A DNA stretch of 64,000 nucleotides from Klebsormidium nitens (lineage: Eukaryota; Plantae; Klebsormidiophyceae). The notes beneath the pieces were generated by a model. The model searched no databases and had not been told where the DNA came from. It worked only from the letters and a program-made list of their open reading frames with translations. This document shows, in pieces, positions 12,650 through 30,850 of the stretch. Numbering within the stretch: the first letter of the stretch is position 1; each line of letters begins with the position of its first letter. A program made the translations under genes and the position numbers. The stretch covers positions 1 through 64,000 of the forward strand of contig DF237210.1 of NCBI GenBank assembly GCA_000708835.1. The letters are read 5' to 3'.

Positions 12650-13879
12650 CTAGGAGTGACTTCCGATGGTGATATCTAATTTGACTTTGCACGACTGTGT
12701 TTCCACGGCTGTGCATCCTGCAGCTGAGCACTTTCTCCTTGGCTTTCTCTCCAACGCCGGGCCAAAAAGAGTCTGCGTGCCCTCTGCATCGAGGCGTAAG
12801 TTCCCTTGGACATAGTTTTCGACCCTTGTGAAGCAGAACCTGGCATTGCGTTTTGAGAAAGGCAGCTCTGCAAACACCGAACTTTTAAGATGCTGTGCTC
12901 GAGAAAGTCCCTGGGGATTGGCAGCCAGCAACCGCTTGATTGTGTTTTGCATCTCCTCCTCCACTTGAATCGACCGCAGGTTGGGATGGAAAAGTTTCAG
13001 AGCGGCAAGAGCCGGGTGTCTCGCAGGCTCAGGAGCTTCCTCGCAAGAAGCAAGGGCAAGGCTCGACCACAGCAAGGAAGGACTTTTCAAAAGCAGCTCA
13101 TGGCTTTGAGGATAGAACTGAATCAGCACCCACAGACTCTGTGCAGCACACATGAACTCCTCAGGGGCATCTGACTTTGCCAGCACTTGAGCAGCGATTT
13201 GGACAAAGAGGATCCCCAGGTTTTGTGTCATCTTGACAAACATCAGACTGTTCGTCAAGATGATCAAGCAGTTTTGGGACACCTTGGAGTTCAAATTGCT
13301 GGGCCTTTTGATCACCAGCCAACAAATGTACTCCAAGAAGTCATTGCTCTCCCCGATGTAGGTGCGCAGGCTCTTCGACCATGGTGTCAGTGTGGCAAGG
13401 ACTCCAATTGCATAAAACTTGAGCCAGTCATGGGCTGGTGATAAAGTGTCGTCCATCAAGAAGTCTGCCAGCAACTTAAAGAAGCTTGGAAATGTCTTAA
13501 GCAGGAACTTGACTGTACGCACGTCCACCGATACTGCATAGAGCAGGCTCAAGTAGTCGAAGACTACACTGCCTACTTTCTTTGAGAACGCCCTGCGATC
13601 TTGTAGAATTTGAATGAGACCTGAAGACAGCGCTCTGGTGAAGTCAGGATGCTCAAGAAGCGTTGCGGCCCAGCTTGCGTTCAGCTCTTTGTCTTGATGC
13701 CCACCAGCAGCTTTGACATCGGCTGCAAACAGTCGTACCACCCTCTGCTCTTCCTGTAAATCGCCTTCTGAAATGGAAAGTGCGCGCAGAAACTTTTGGG
13801 TAACTTCACAGCAGTCTGGCCGCTCAAAGTCAATCATTGGGTGACCAGTCGCTTCTGAACGGTGCGCCATTGTTCTCAC
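12650..13879 (-). CDS. helical (ARM-like) protein with truncated zf-MYND-like end
   Basis: 409-aa ORF, Leu-rich and helical, ending RRKCSAAGCTAVETQSCKVKLD..; start codon uncertain. Confidence 0.65.
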   Translation of the reverse strand: MRTMAHRSEATGHPMIDFERPDCCEVTQKFLRALSISEGDLQEEQRVVRLFAADVKAAGGHQDKELNASWAATLLEHPDFTRALSSGLIQILQDRRAFSKKVGSVVFDYLSLLYAVSVDVRTVKFLLKTFPSFFKLLADFLMDDTLSPAHDWLKFYAIGVLATLTPWSKSLRTYIGESNDFLEYICWLVIKRPSNLNSKVSQNCLIILTNSLMFVKMTQNLGILFVQIAAQVLAKSDAPEEFMCAAQSLWVLIQFYPQSHELLLKSPSLLWSSLALASCEEAPEPARHPALAALKLFHPNLRSIQVEEEMQNTIKRLLAANPQGLSRAQHLKSSVFAELPFSKRNARFCFTRVENYVQGNLRLDAEGTQTLFGPALERKPRRKCSAAGCTAVETQSCKVKLDITIGSHS

Positions 13880-14842
13880 AACCAGCTCAGAGGCATGATG
13901 GCTCTGCTTAGAAAACTCAGCAACCTAGAGCACCACATGCTACTAGTTCACATGGCATCTATCTGCATCAGAAGGCAGTACACAACTGTACTAACGGCCA
14001 ACCAGCAACCCCAGGGCCAGAGAGAACCGTTCCTGAGCGAACAGTGAGCAGCACATTGGGAACAGCAGATGCAATGAGTATAAGTGCTTGGTTCCATATA
14101 CGCCCTTGCATAAGTAGTTCATAAGCAGTGAGCACCAATGAAGCCGTTTTACAAGTTGCACAACGCTGGCACGAGGCGTGATTAAAACAGGTTCGAACTG
14201 GCAGATATAATTGAGAGCACGAATCAGATACGCACACCTCGGCTCTTCTATAGGGGGAGACATTACAGCGCAGGGCCAAGCCCAATTGGCAATCAAGGAA
14301 TTGCGCTTAGAGTGGAACTCAGAGTCCACAGACTGGCCGTACATTTCCAAGCTCCAACAAGGAGACGAAAGAGGGTAGACGTTGGCCCGGTTGGGTAGGA
14401 GGAAGAAAGCGACGTTGCATGAGCACGGGGCAAAGCTCTGCTGAGTGCTGATCCGGCCAGCTTAACAGGCTGTCGATGCATCTTCGTAGTGCCCAGGGCT
14501 GTTTCCATTGCTGATTTCTTAGTTTGTTTAAACGCTGTGTTCCTGTGTTCCTCCTGAGTTGCTTTCTCGCCTCAAGCCTTAAGGAAAGGATGCCGCAGGT
14601 TTCGAACGGTGTCCGTTGCGGGCTGGTGGGGAGATTCAAGTTTGTACTTTTTGATAACCCCGCTGGACTTTGAGGCAACTGTTCATTGAGTGGCGTGTAG
14701 CGGGAGTATTTGGCATACCCTATTCACAGGACCGCATGCCCAGTTTCAGGAAACGAATTGCAAGTTTACAAGGAAAACCGCTTAATGCCAACCAAGGGGT
14801 CGTAGTGGCAAGAGCAACTCCATATCTCTGAGTGTTGCGAGC

Positions 14843-20724
<5,882 letters not shown>

Positions 20725-22562
20725 TTGATGATAATGGAATTTCTTGCTGGTTATGGTTCTGCAAAGTGCATCTGGATATCGCCTCGGTTCATCTGCCTTC
20801 AGACTGCTTGTCTTTCACAGAGCATCCGAATGGAGAGCGCGAAACTATAGCAGATCCAATTGTCAAATGCTTGGATCTCCTTTCTTGGGCCTAAAAGTCG
20901 GATGGTAACTTCCTTGCTTATTGGCTTCGAAATAGCACTCTTTGTCACCGTAAGAGCCGGCTTTGTTCCTCAAAAGGAACAAATGTCATGCTAACGAATT
21001 CTTCTCAAGTGAATGCTGCTCAGGCAGGGGCCAACATGGTGTCAACGCCCTCTCAGCTTCACCACCCAACCCGCCACCTGGCAGCACGTTGGCAACCGGG
21101 GGCATGCGCAGTTTGACCGGTCTCCTCTCCCCTGCAGCCCGCCTTCCCGACCGGGCCGGGCCGGCCCGGGGGGAAGGCAGCAAGACAGGATGCACCGAAA
21201 CGGCCGCTCATCAGGTTAGTGGCCCAGGACGTGGGGATGCTGGTAAGGCTCCTTCTTTGTTGAATGTCCCATGGTTTGGGGGACTCTGGGAGGCCTGACG
21301 TTTTAAGCCCATGACCTCTGTGCCTTTCAATCATGCAGGACGCTGTGGTGGATACTGAAAGGCATAGTGCCGCTGTTGCCCGGTTGGGGTACGGCCACAT
21401 TGCGCACACAGAGAACAATTTTTTTGAGTCTTCTTAAAAGCATTGGCATGCAGCGATGGTGCTGCAGAGCCTCATCAGTATTGGCACTGGTGAAGGATCT
21501 GAACTGCCGGCTTTCTCTTCCTGTCTCCGCAGACTGAACCTCGCCAAAAAGGCCAAGTCCTGATGGTCGGGGCCGCTCTAGCACGCCGTAACTTCGCACC
21601 TGTCTGTATCCTTGCGCGCAGCAAATTGCTTGGCTTTTTTCCTGCACAGCTTTCCTTGCAATTCGTCCCAGCAGTTCTGCTTGCTTTTGTCTGCTGAAGC
21701 CTGAGCGTTGTACCGTGCAATCCGACGGTTGACCAATTCCGCTGCAAGTCATAGTGTCAAATATAGAGTTTGCGTCCTTGACTGGATTCCGTCGGACAGT
21801 GCTGACCTTCCCCGGGTGACCCTTTCCGACTTCCACCGCACCTCAACGCCCAGCCTCCTCCACTTCTTCCACGTCTCAAGCATGTCAGTCATCAACTACG
21901 CGTTGGTCGGCGGCTGAATGAGTGAGTGGAGAGGCACTGTCCTTCTCCCTCCACCTTATGATGCCTCTGATTCGATGCGTCTGGTAACTAATGGCGTCTT
22001 GTCTACCGCACATAGTTGAGCTGCGAGGTGCCTTTTCGGTTGCTCCTTCCGTGTTCTGCTTGCAACCTTCGAGCCTTGCAGTGACACGGGTGGTAGGAGC
22101 TTCGTAGTTGAAGGTGGCAGTGGGTCAGGGAAGCTCCAAGCAAAGCTTGTCTTGCCAGATTGTGGTGACCAGTGCACCAAGACAGCTCAATCTGTACCCT
22201 GTTCTTTAAGGACATAGCTCAAGCTTGTACCGTTCGCTTGAATTGAAATGGATTATGGTGCATGAATTTTGGCCATGGCTTCCGTAACCTTGCATGATAT
22301 TCTGGCGGGTTTTGCACATGGGACCTAACTTGGTGGCCCAGGAAAGTTGGATTCTCTCGCATGCATATTCTATTTGAGTGACGGTCCCGAGTCCGCATAA
22401 AACTTGTTGCAACATATGATGCAATCATTCGCAACTTGGTATCCATACCACAATGCTTGAATCAAGCACATATTTTGAATATACAGCGCAGCCATTTCGA
22501 TTGTTGCAAAAGTCCATGGTGACTGCCCATGCTGCCATATATATGTCATGACTATCATGCAG

Positions 22563-23459
22563 NNNNNNNNNNNNNNNNNNNNNNNNNNNNNNNNNNNNNN
22601 NNNNNNNNNNNNNNNNNNNNNNNNNNNNNNNNNNNNNNNNNNNNNNNNNNNNNNNNNNNNNNNNNNNNNNNNNNNNNNNNNNNNNNNNNNNNNNNNNNNN
22701 NNNNNNNNNNNNNNNNNNNNNNNNNNNNNNNNNNNNNNNNNNNNNNNNNNNNNNNNNNNNNNNNNNNNNNNNNNNNNNNNNNNNNNNNNNNNNNNNNNNN
22801 NNNNNNNNNNNNNNNNNNNNNNNNNNNNNNNNNNNNNNNNNNNNNNNNNNNNNNNNNNNNNNNNNNNNNNNNNNNNNNNNNNNNNNNNNNNNNNNNNNNN
22901 NNNNNNNNNNNNNNNNNNNNNNNNNNNNNNNNNNNNNNNNNNNNNNNNNNNNNNNNNNNNNNNNNNNNNNNNNNNNNNNNNNNNNNNNNNNNNNNNNNNN
23001 NNNNNNNNNNNNNNNNNNNNNNNNNNNNNNNNNNNNNNNNNNNNNNNNNNNNNNNNNNNNNNNNNNNNNNNNNNNNNNNNNNNNNNNNNNNNNNNNNNNN
23101 NNNNNNNNNNNNNNNNNNNNNNNNNNNNNNNNNNNNNNNNNNNNNNNNNNNNNNNNNNNNNNNNNNNNNNNNNNNNNNNNNNNNNNNNNNNNNNNNNNNN
23201 NNNNNNNNNNNNNNNNNNNNNNNNNNNNNNNNNNNNNNNNNNNNNNNNNNNNNNNNNNNNNNNNNNNNNNNNNNNNNNNNNNNNNNNNNNNNNNNNNNNN
23301 NNNNNNNNNNNNNNNNNNNNNNNNNNNNNNNNNNNNNNNNNNNNNNNNNNNNNNNNNNNNNNNNNNNNNNNNNNNNNNNNNNNNNNNNNNNNNNNNNNNN
23401 NNNNNNNNNNNNNNNNNNNNNNNNNNNNNNNNNNNNNNNNNNNNNNNNNNNNNNNNNNN
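22563..23459. other. assembly gap (897 N)
   Basis: run of N. Confidence 1.
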
Positions 23460-23980
23460 GGTATATCTAGTTAAATTAATTGCACGAAACCATGCATTGA
23501 AACTGCCAATTGCATGCATGCATGTTAAGCAACATTGCGAAGCATGATATCTTTGATACCAACCAGGAGATTATTAATTCAAGATCATGCATGAGCTGCA
23601 AGGAAGTCTAAGTAGTACAGAGAATTGATCGTGTCGGAAGCCTCATATACGGGGGCTCCCGGGGGCGACCACTTTACTGACCCGCGAGCACGCAATTCGC
23701 AGCATGCACATGCAGGCCCATGCAAAGAACAATTCAATCTCAGTGAATCTGAAGACCATGGGTGGCTGAATGACATATGGTGCGCAGACCTCATAAGAGA
23801 GAAACGTTTGATATCAAGGTCAGTAGTGACACATATAGGGACTCTGTTCAATGAATCAGGTTGCCAATTGAACAAAACTGCTCTTGCTCAAGGACCTTTT
23901 CCCGTTGGCCTTTCCTTGTCCTACAAGTTGCTATTCGGTCTCAGCTTAATGTTACAAAATGCCCTGCTGTCTGTTCGACT

Positions 23981-26900
23981 CTACGCTGCTACTGCTTGCA
24001 ATTCAGGTCGTTTCCTGACCCGATATCGCGGCTTTTTCGGCTCTTGTGGGGCTTCTGGTGCTTGCGTTGCTGGTGCTGGTGACGCCTTTGCCTTCAGCTT
24101 CCCCTTGCCCTTGCCCTTCCCTTTCACCGTCATCTTCACACCCTTCTTCTTGAAGAAAGCACCGGCTTTGTCGAGCAGCCCGCCAGCGGCTGCGGATTTC
24201 CGGCGGAATGCCGCGGCGCCGGAGTCCATCCCCAACCAGTGCAGACGGGTGGGCTCTCCTAGCCGCACGTTGCTAAATCTGCAAGTCCCACGCACAAACC
24301 TCTTCGATTTCTGTTGTCAACATGGGCGATGTTGCTATGTCATATTAGTTGCTCTAAAGATGAGTTCAAGCAGACACAGAATTCAATTGAAGACGGCTGA
24401 CCTTGATGCTTGCCCCATGCTTGTGAATCCATGTATAACCTACGAGCACTGTCTTCTTTCTGACCCAAGGATGTTTGCAAGAAAACAGCCTCAAATGTCG
24501 AACCAGAACCGCTGTGACAGGACGCACAACTGAAACCTTGGTGCACCTAAGCTATGAAGAAATCTGATAACAAACCCGGATCAAGGCGCAACTGCCGCTC
24601 TGTCTGAAGGAGCTTTCTCAAGCTCTTTTTGCAGCAGACTACCAGACTCCTGACGAATGGTGACTGGCTAGGTTACACAGCACGGTCGCCCAGCCCGCTT
24701 CGTTTCGACAAATCCTTCAAAAGCAACAGCAGAAACTCCGTAACAATACTGCAAGAGCGACGGCAGACATCACACTCTTCAAAGACAGTGTAAAAAGCGC
24801 CTACCTGGCTGCCGTCGTCACAAGTGTGATAAACCCGAGGTTCGAGTACTTTGCCCCCATGAACCGCTCAAGCCCACCAATGAGCTGGTACCGCAGGTTA
24901 CCCGACAGCCCCATGAAGGCGCCGTAACCCAAGCTGCTAACCCCAACCGACGGCACCGCAACCGACGGCCTATACTTCGGATTGATCTTCTGCCGGACCG
25001 ACACCAGCGCGTTTTGGACCAGCCCACCGACACTCCCAAGAACGCTCCCGATTGCGCAGAGCTCCGCCGACTTGTAGGCGAAGCCGTAGAAGCGGTCGAG
25101 CTTGGAGAGCTCGGCGAACTTGTACGACTTGTCAAACGCGTTGTGCGGGAGCTTTTGCAGCGTGTTCTGCCACTCCCACCGGAACGGCTCGTGGTACTTG
25201 CGGCACGGCGCGACCGACCAGTTGATCACCATGTTCGCGGCCGCGAGCGTCAGCACGTTGACGACCGCCAGGTCCCACTCGTCCTTGAGCCTGAAGGGCA
25301 GAGGACAAATAGAGGCTGAATTCGGCGCTAAAATCCATGTTCCAGCATCAGACAAGAGTGTCTCAGAGGGTGAAGAGAAGCAAAAACGACTAAGAAGGTG
25401 AAAAGCAGAGGGATATGTTCCGAATAGCTTGGGGGACCTTTGCATGCAGGAGTTTCAATGTTATATAGGGATCAGTAATCCATACAAGTAAGAGGCAAAA
25501 CAGAGCACGCCGCAACAACTTAAATCGAAAAGGGGGTTCCTAGCGAAGTGAGTGGTTTAAAGAGGGGGCCAAGAACTATAGAAGAGAGGGCCTCGTCTCT
25601 CGAGCAGCAAACATGAGGCGAGAACTTTGCAGGCAGGCAGACTTCAAATGATGTCCAAAAAGAGACCCTGATTTGCTGCAAACTTTCCGCAACAAAGAAC
25701 AAAGTGCGCAGCAAAATAGTATGAAGCCTTGTGCCTGAGTCTGAAGACGGAGACTGCAGGGGTCAGATCCGGGGAGCTAAACAACCCATCCCTTCTATCG
25801 ATTACTGACGTACATCATGCAGGTGAAACATCCAGACAGGGGGCTGCCGCCAACCAACCCTATGATTAGAAGCACCACGCCACTGTTGGGCCTTTCATTT
25901 CAGCCTGTGACAGATGGATGTGTGAAAGGGGCCCGGTAAACAACAGCTAGTATACTCAATGAACGAGGACAAGCTTGCCTAGCTCAGAGCTACTCCATAT
26001 TACTCAAGCTCGTTGCCTGACTTTCGAGAACAGCTGCTCGGTCCATCAAAGAATATGTCACAGCAACTTTACAACGCTCCGCACGACCTGCCGGTTCTCC
26101 TCTAATCTCATAACCTGCTCGCTCGCCTCTAAACTTCCTTCTGCCCTTCGTCCTCTCCATTTCAGAATACTTAAAAGTAGGGCGAAACAAACTGCCTTGA
26201 CCTGACAAGTTTGCCAGAAGCATGCCACAAACCCTAACGCGTTAGGGAAATGAGAGGCTTCATCAAGCTCACCTTGACCCTCTTTGCTTAATCTCCCAGT
26301 ATGCCGCGTTTCCGATGGTAAATGCCTGCTCCAGACTCAGCTTCCAAAGGAATGCGGGGTCTGCCATCAATCTGGAAAAGGGTGCTCACAGGATTTAGGA
26401 GAACATACTCAATATAGGTTGCCAGACAGCCTCTTAATTAGCTGTTTTCCAAGAAAACGAGGTCATTCCTGCGCAACCAAATTTACTGTTTAACAAGACA
26501 AACCTCTAGCTGATTGCCACATGATAACAAAAATCTTTGTAGGCAGAGCCAGACATGCCGTGAAATTCAGAAGGGGCAGCGACTCTTCAATCCAGATATC
26601 TGCCGAACTGTTCGACCTAAGATGCTGCACACATTTTCAAAGACATTGCGTCTTCTCAAGAGCTGATCATGGCCGCTCCTTAGTGCCACAGAGGAATCCT
26701 ACAAATGAACCAGATAGTACCAATCGCAGGGGGGCAGCAACGTACCTTCCCAAGAAAGCCCTTGCGAAATCTGGAGGGGTGTGCCTGGTGACTGCTCGTG
26801 CTATTGTCGGTCGACAATCTGTGTTTAGTAATCGGACCAGCTGAGCAGAGCTCACCATGCCCTGCACAGCAAGCACGGTGTGAAATTGACGCTATGAAGT

Positions 26901-29002
26901 GCAGACCTTTGCTGGTTGCACCCATTCCTGAACTGCATCAGATACATAACACTCCGTGGTAACATGAACCGAAAATGCAAGATGCGTTCCTGCATTCAGC
27001 AACTCAGAGAATAAACTGCTAATGAAGGTCCAGTTTCCAAGGCATCAATGACGTGATGCTATTGTTGGACAACGTTGGACAACGTTGGACAACAAACCAG
27101 TTTCAAGCAACAGCCTAACAAGTGTACTCCTTACCATTTCAACAGCTCGCCGAACGCCACTAGGCAGACCAGTAACTGTGCGATACCACTCCTGTAGAAC
27201 GGCTTCGATTGTTTCCCGGTCAAAAAGCTGCAAGACAATGCAACGCGTGTCTTCAGCTCCCAACATGAGTGTTTGAATGTTGCCCCTCATTCAACTTCCC
27301 GCAAATCTCTCATGCAAAACTCTGCATACTTCGATTGTCAGGCTTCAACTAGGGTTCTATTTGATTTCTGATCAACTGTACCGGACAGCCCCCTACCATT
27401 TGCAACAATCGCTAGAGTCGACTTTGAACTCACTTGTAACAGCTTCAGGATAGTGCACTTGTCAATTTCTCACCAAGTTTTCATCTCCTCAGGTGTTCAA
27501 TCAACCAAAAAAAAGCAGCAGATGAGGTTGTGCGGTAGCCACTAGAGACCATGTTACCTAACATTCTAGCACACAGGTTCTCAGCTGACTCTGAAAGGTA
27601 CATTCGACTTGGTACTCAAGTACAGTAAGGTTATTTTAAAGAACTCACCTCCACAATCTCTGTTCTCCTGCCAAAGAAACCATCGTCTCCACCATCGCCG
27701 TCATCGTCAAAATCGTCGAAATAGTCATCATCGTCACCCCCATCATCCCCACCGTCGCCACCTCCGTTGTTCAAATCCTTCCCTTTGTTACCTCCGCCTG
27801 AACCATCGTCCACCTGACATAGTTCGCAAAATCGACGGATCAGAAACCACATGTTCTTTTCCTAGGAAAAAATAACCAGGACGCACCCCAGATCTGGCAT
27901 TGCAGTCTCACGAGGCGTTGAAGTGCAAGCAAGGAGTTTAGGGTTGCAGCAATCCTCCAACCTCAGAATACTATGCACCTGTCCCCTTGCCAGAAGAGCT
28001 TGTATTGCGGGCCGAATAGTTTAGGGTTTGAGCTTCGGGTCAAGGCTACAGTGCAGTCTGCCTCGTCAAGGACGAGAAAGACTCTCATGACCAACAGCTT
28101 TGTTGATTTTGAGCATGGTAGCCTGCCTTGTCAAGCTGCAACAGTGATTGCCTTCAATATAATGCCCAAGTAAACAGACGGACAATGCTGCTTGAATTCT
28201 GTAACGAAGCTGCGGATGCACCGGGACACAAAACACACACTGCAGAATGCTACATACTTTTGATTTATCCCCATGCTCCTTGATTCCCCTCTGTTACGAG
28301 CTATAACCGTTACCAATAAATATCAAACTTCCCTGGAAATGTAGATACCCTTCTTCATTCTTGTTAACGAGGTTGCCAATAGTGACGAGCTTGGACTCTC
28401 GGGGTGCACAAAAGGAGCACATGCAACAGCGTAGAAACCTCCTGTGAGGTTGACTTTAAGGTCGTCATGCTTGTCAAGCGCACCTTTGGCGTGGCTGTTG
28501 CCGCCTCCTTCGACAAATCTAGTTTCCCCCTTTCCAGGGTTGCCGAGCCACCCCCAAACTGTGTCCCAATCTTGGCCATGGATGTAGGAACCATCATCTC
28601 CTTGCTGAAGCCAGAAATAGGCTCCTGCCTCTCCCCGCGGTCCTGCTCATCCGCAACCCCAGCTTCGCTGACCACATGGAGTGCACCCTGCCTCTCCCGA
28701 ACCAACCTTTCGTTGCTGCTAACTGCTGGCAAAGCCAGCCCTGTGAACGAACTAAAACCTAGTTTGCTACATCCTTGCTGCAAGCACCCTGCAGCAGCGA
28801 AATGCTGAGGCTTGAGCACAGGACCCGATCTGAGTTGAGGAAGGTTGAAGGAAGACGCCTGGAATGACCGGAGAGGCAGGACAGGGGAAAGAGCAGCCTG
28901 CCCTCTCCTTGTCCGCCCACCTCTTTCTGCTGACTGGCTGAGAGGAGCATGGGCAACAGAGCCCAGGCCTCCCAGCCTCCCAATCTGCGAGGAAGTCGCC
29001 AT
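23981..29002 (-). CDS. RETICULATA-related (DUF3411) plastid envelope protein, At5g24690-like
   Basis: Exons 29002-28484, 27813-27649, 27227-27135, 26861-26746, 26371-26273, 25290-24805, 24278-23981, all in phase. Transit-peptide-like N-terminus, GGSATLERGKLD, G/D-rich linker, LFDRETIEAVLQEW, GMVSSAQ, LMADPAFLWKL, KDEWDLAVVNVLT, QNTLQKLP, GYGAFMGLSGNLRYQL. Confidence 0.93.
26232..26247. repeat. perfect 16-bp palindrome made of two inverted telo-box-like halves
   Basis: ccctaacgcgttaggg equals its own reverse complement. Confidence 0.7.
27064..27093. repeat. 10-bp tandem repeat x3
   Basis: gttggacaac x3 in RER intron 3. Confidence 0.9.
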
Positions 29003-30850
29003 CCTGTGACAGGAGGAGAACTTCCCGCAGGCCTGCTGTTCACTTGCCCAAAAAAGTTTACGAACTAGAGGTACTTGGCAGTTGCCCGATATCTTGCTGA
29101 AACCGCTTCAGAGGGCTGCAGAGGACCACTACACTTCCAACAACCAACCAATGAGACAGCACCAAAAGCCCCTTGTCTCGGTGTCTGTTTGCAGAGATCC
29201 TTGGGAGCCTTCTGCACCGTCCGGATGGAAGCCTTCAAGGTCTACAGCTAGACAACCAGACAGAAACAGAGCGCCCTGCGATGAAAAGCTCCTCCTCCAA
29301 AGCGCAACTCTACAGCCTCAGGCATCCTTCCACGGTGGCAAGAGATCCGCGCTCTGGGGAAGAATGTTCCGACCGTGGAGCTTCTTCTGCGGATAGCATT
29401 GTGCCAACTTCTGAAGCGTCGATGAAGAGCGTTCGACTTTGCAAGCCGTCCGATCTGTCTCCGTGACTGTGGTTATGTGCTCAAACAAACCTTGAAACCC
29501 TGGTCCGATCGACGGTCGTCAAAGGGGCCCGCGGCCGCCCAAGCTCTCGAGCCGCCCGCGGGGGCCGCCATGTGGGCAGGATCCCCAGTCGCCGGCGAGC
29601 GCTTAGTATTCCGAAGTTCAAAGGGAGGCACCGCCTCAGCATGTTTATGATGTTTGTCTTCGGATTTTCGAGTATTGCTCCGGCCTTGCTCTTTCGACGT
29701 GACTTGCAGCTGTGCATGACAAAGCTGCAAGTCATGGACCACTTCCTTCTCGATCTTTGCGGAGACCATGCAACCATGCTCCAAGGGCGCTGATCTATAT
29801 TTGAGAAATCAGCATCTCTTGTTTGTCTATAGTCTAGATACTCAACTACATGTTGCACATGATCATTACGGTTGAATATATGGCCTGGCTATTAATTGGC
29901 TTACGGCGAGTACGGAAGGTCATGACCATCATCTTTCGCATGCTATATCTACATATGAAGATCTAAGTGTGGATGCGGGCCGGCGGCCTAGCATATGCTC
30001 GCCGACTCCACCTCTGATTGCACTTCAACGCATCTTATCGGGCTAGCTTCAATAGAATCGCAAGTTTTCATTAGAATGGTTTGCAACACAGATGGATTCT
30101 ACAGGAAGGTTGTCCTCCTCATTCAAGCTTGCATGTCGCCAACCGTACCTTTGCCGGTGTGGTCTATTCAAATGTTTCATAATTCAGAAATTTCAATCAT
30201 TTCATGTATCAGCTATCTTTCATTTTGGTCTCTTGTGTTCCAAAGTAGCAAACCTCGGCCTACCAGATTTTCTAGTTAGCTCTCGTATTTACGGGCTTGC
30301 CGTCTTTGGTTTGATCTTGCGCAAAATCTCTACAATCTCAACAAGCGGCTGATTGGGCGAAGTTTTTTGCTTAGACTGCAGGGTGCCTCAGGCAATTCTG
30401 CAAATGGAGTTGTCTACCTGGTCCCGTAATGATAGTTCACCTCCTTCCTGGTCCCGTCCTATTTCTTTCTTAGACTTACCTCTTGAATTACAGAAGGAGA
30501 CTCAAGGCACAACACTTGCATGAGTGAAAGAGCGCCTTGGTTCTCGTCATTGAAAAGCTAATACCTTCTAGGGTGCGGAACGATCTCCTAGATGACAAGG
30601 CAGATACATTGCCACTCCTCGCACGCTCGTACGGCCCTAATACTGACTTCTTTAGAGGACCCCGTTGAGACCAAAGGCCTCTGGTTGTGGTGCCCGAAAA
30701 AACCTGACTCTCTACTGATCCCCGCAAGATTCACTTGGCTCATCTTGCCCGCTATGTACACTCAACCCCAGAACATTCGAGTTTGCAGAACGGACCTGAA
30801 GTTATTCTGTGCGTATGTTCATCCTAAACCCCTAACCCAGCGCTGCTGTG

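Noticed and set aside
13880-14350. Possible frameshifted N-terminal extension of the minus MYND-like gene
   Set aside because: Multiple stops in all frames; a joined protein could not be justified.
21434-21883. Minus-strand frame of 150 codons with two internal stops
   Set aside because: Not clearly beyond chance and no recognisable family.
22425-23519. Three ~300-aa ORFs of X residues
   Set aside because: Artefacts of the N gap.
29481-29858. Possible transposon/non-LTR protein relic
   Set aside because: No RT, transposase or endonuclease motif and no terminal repeats found.
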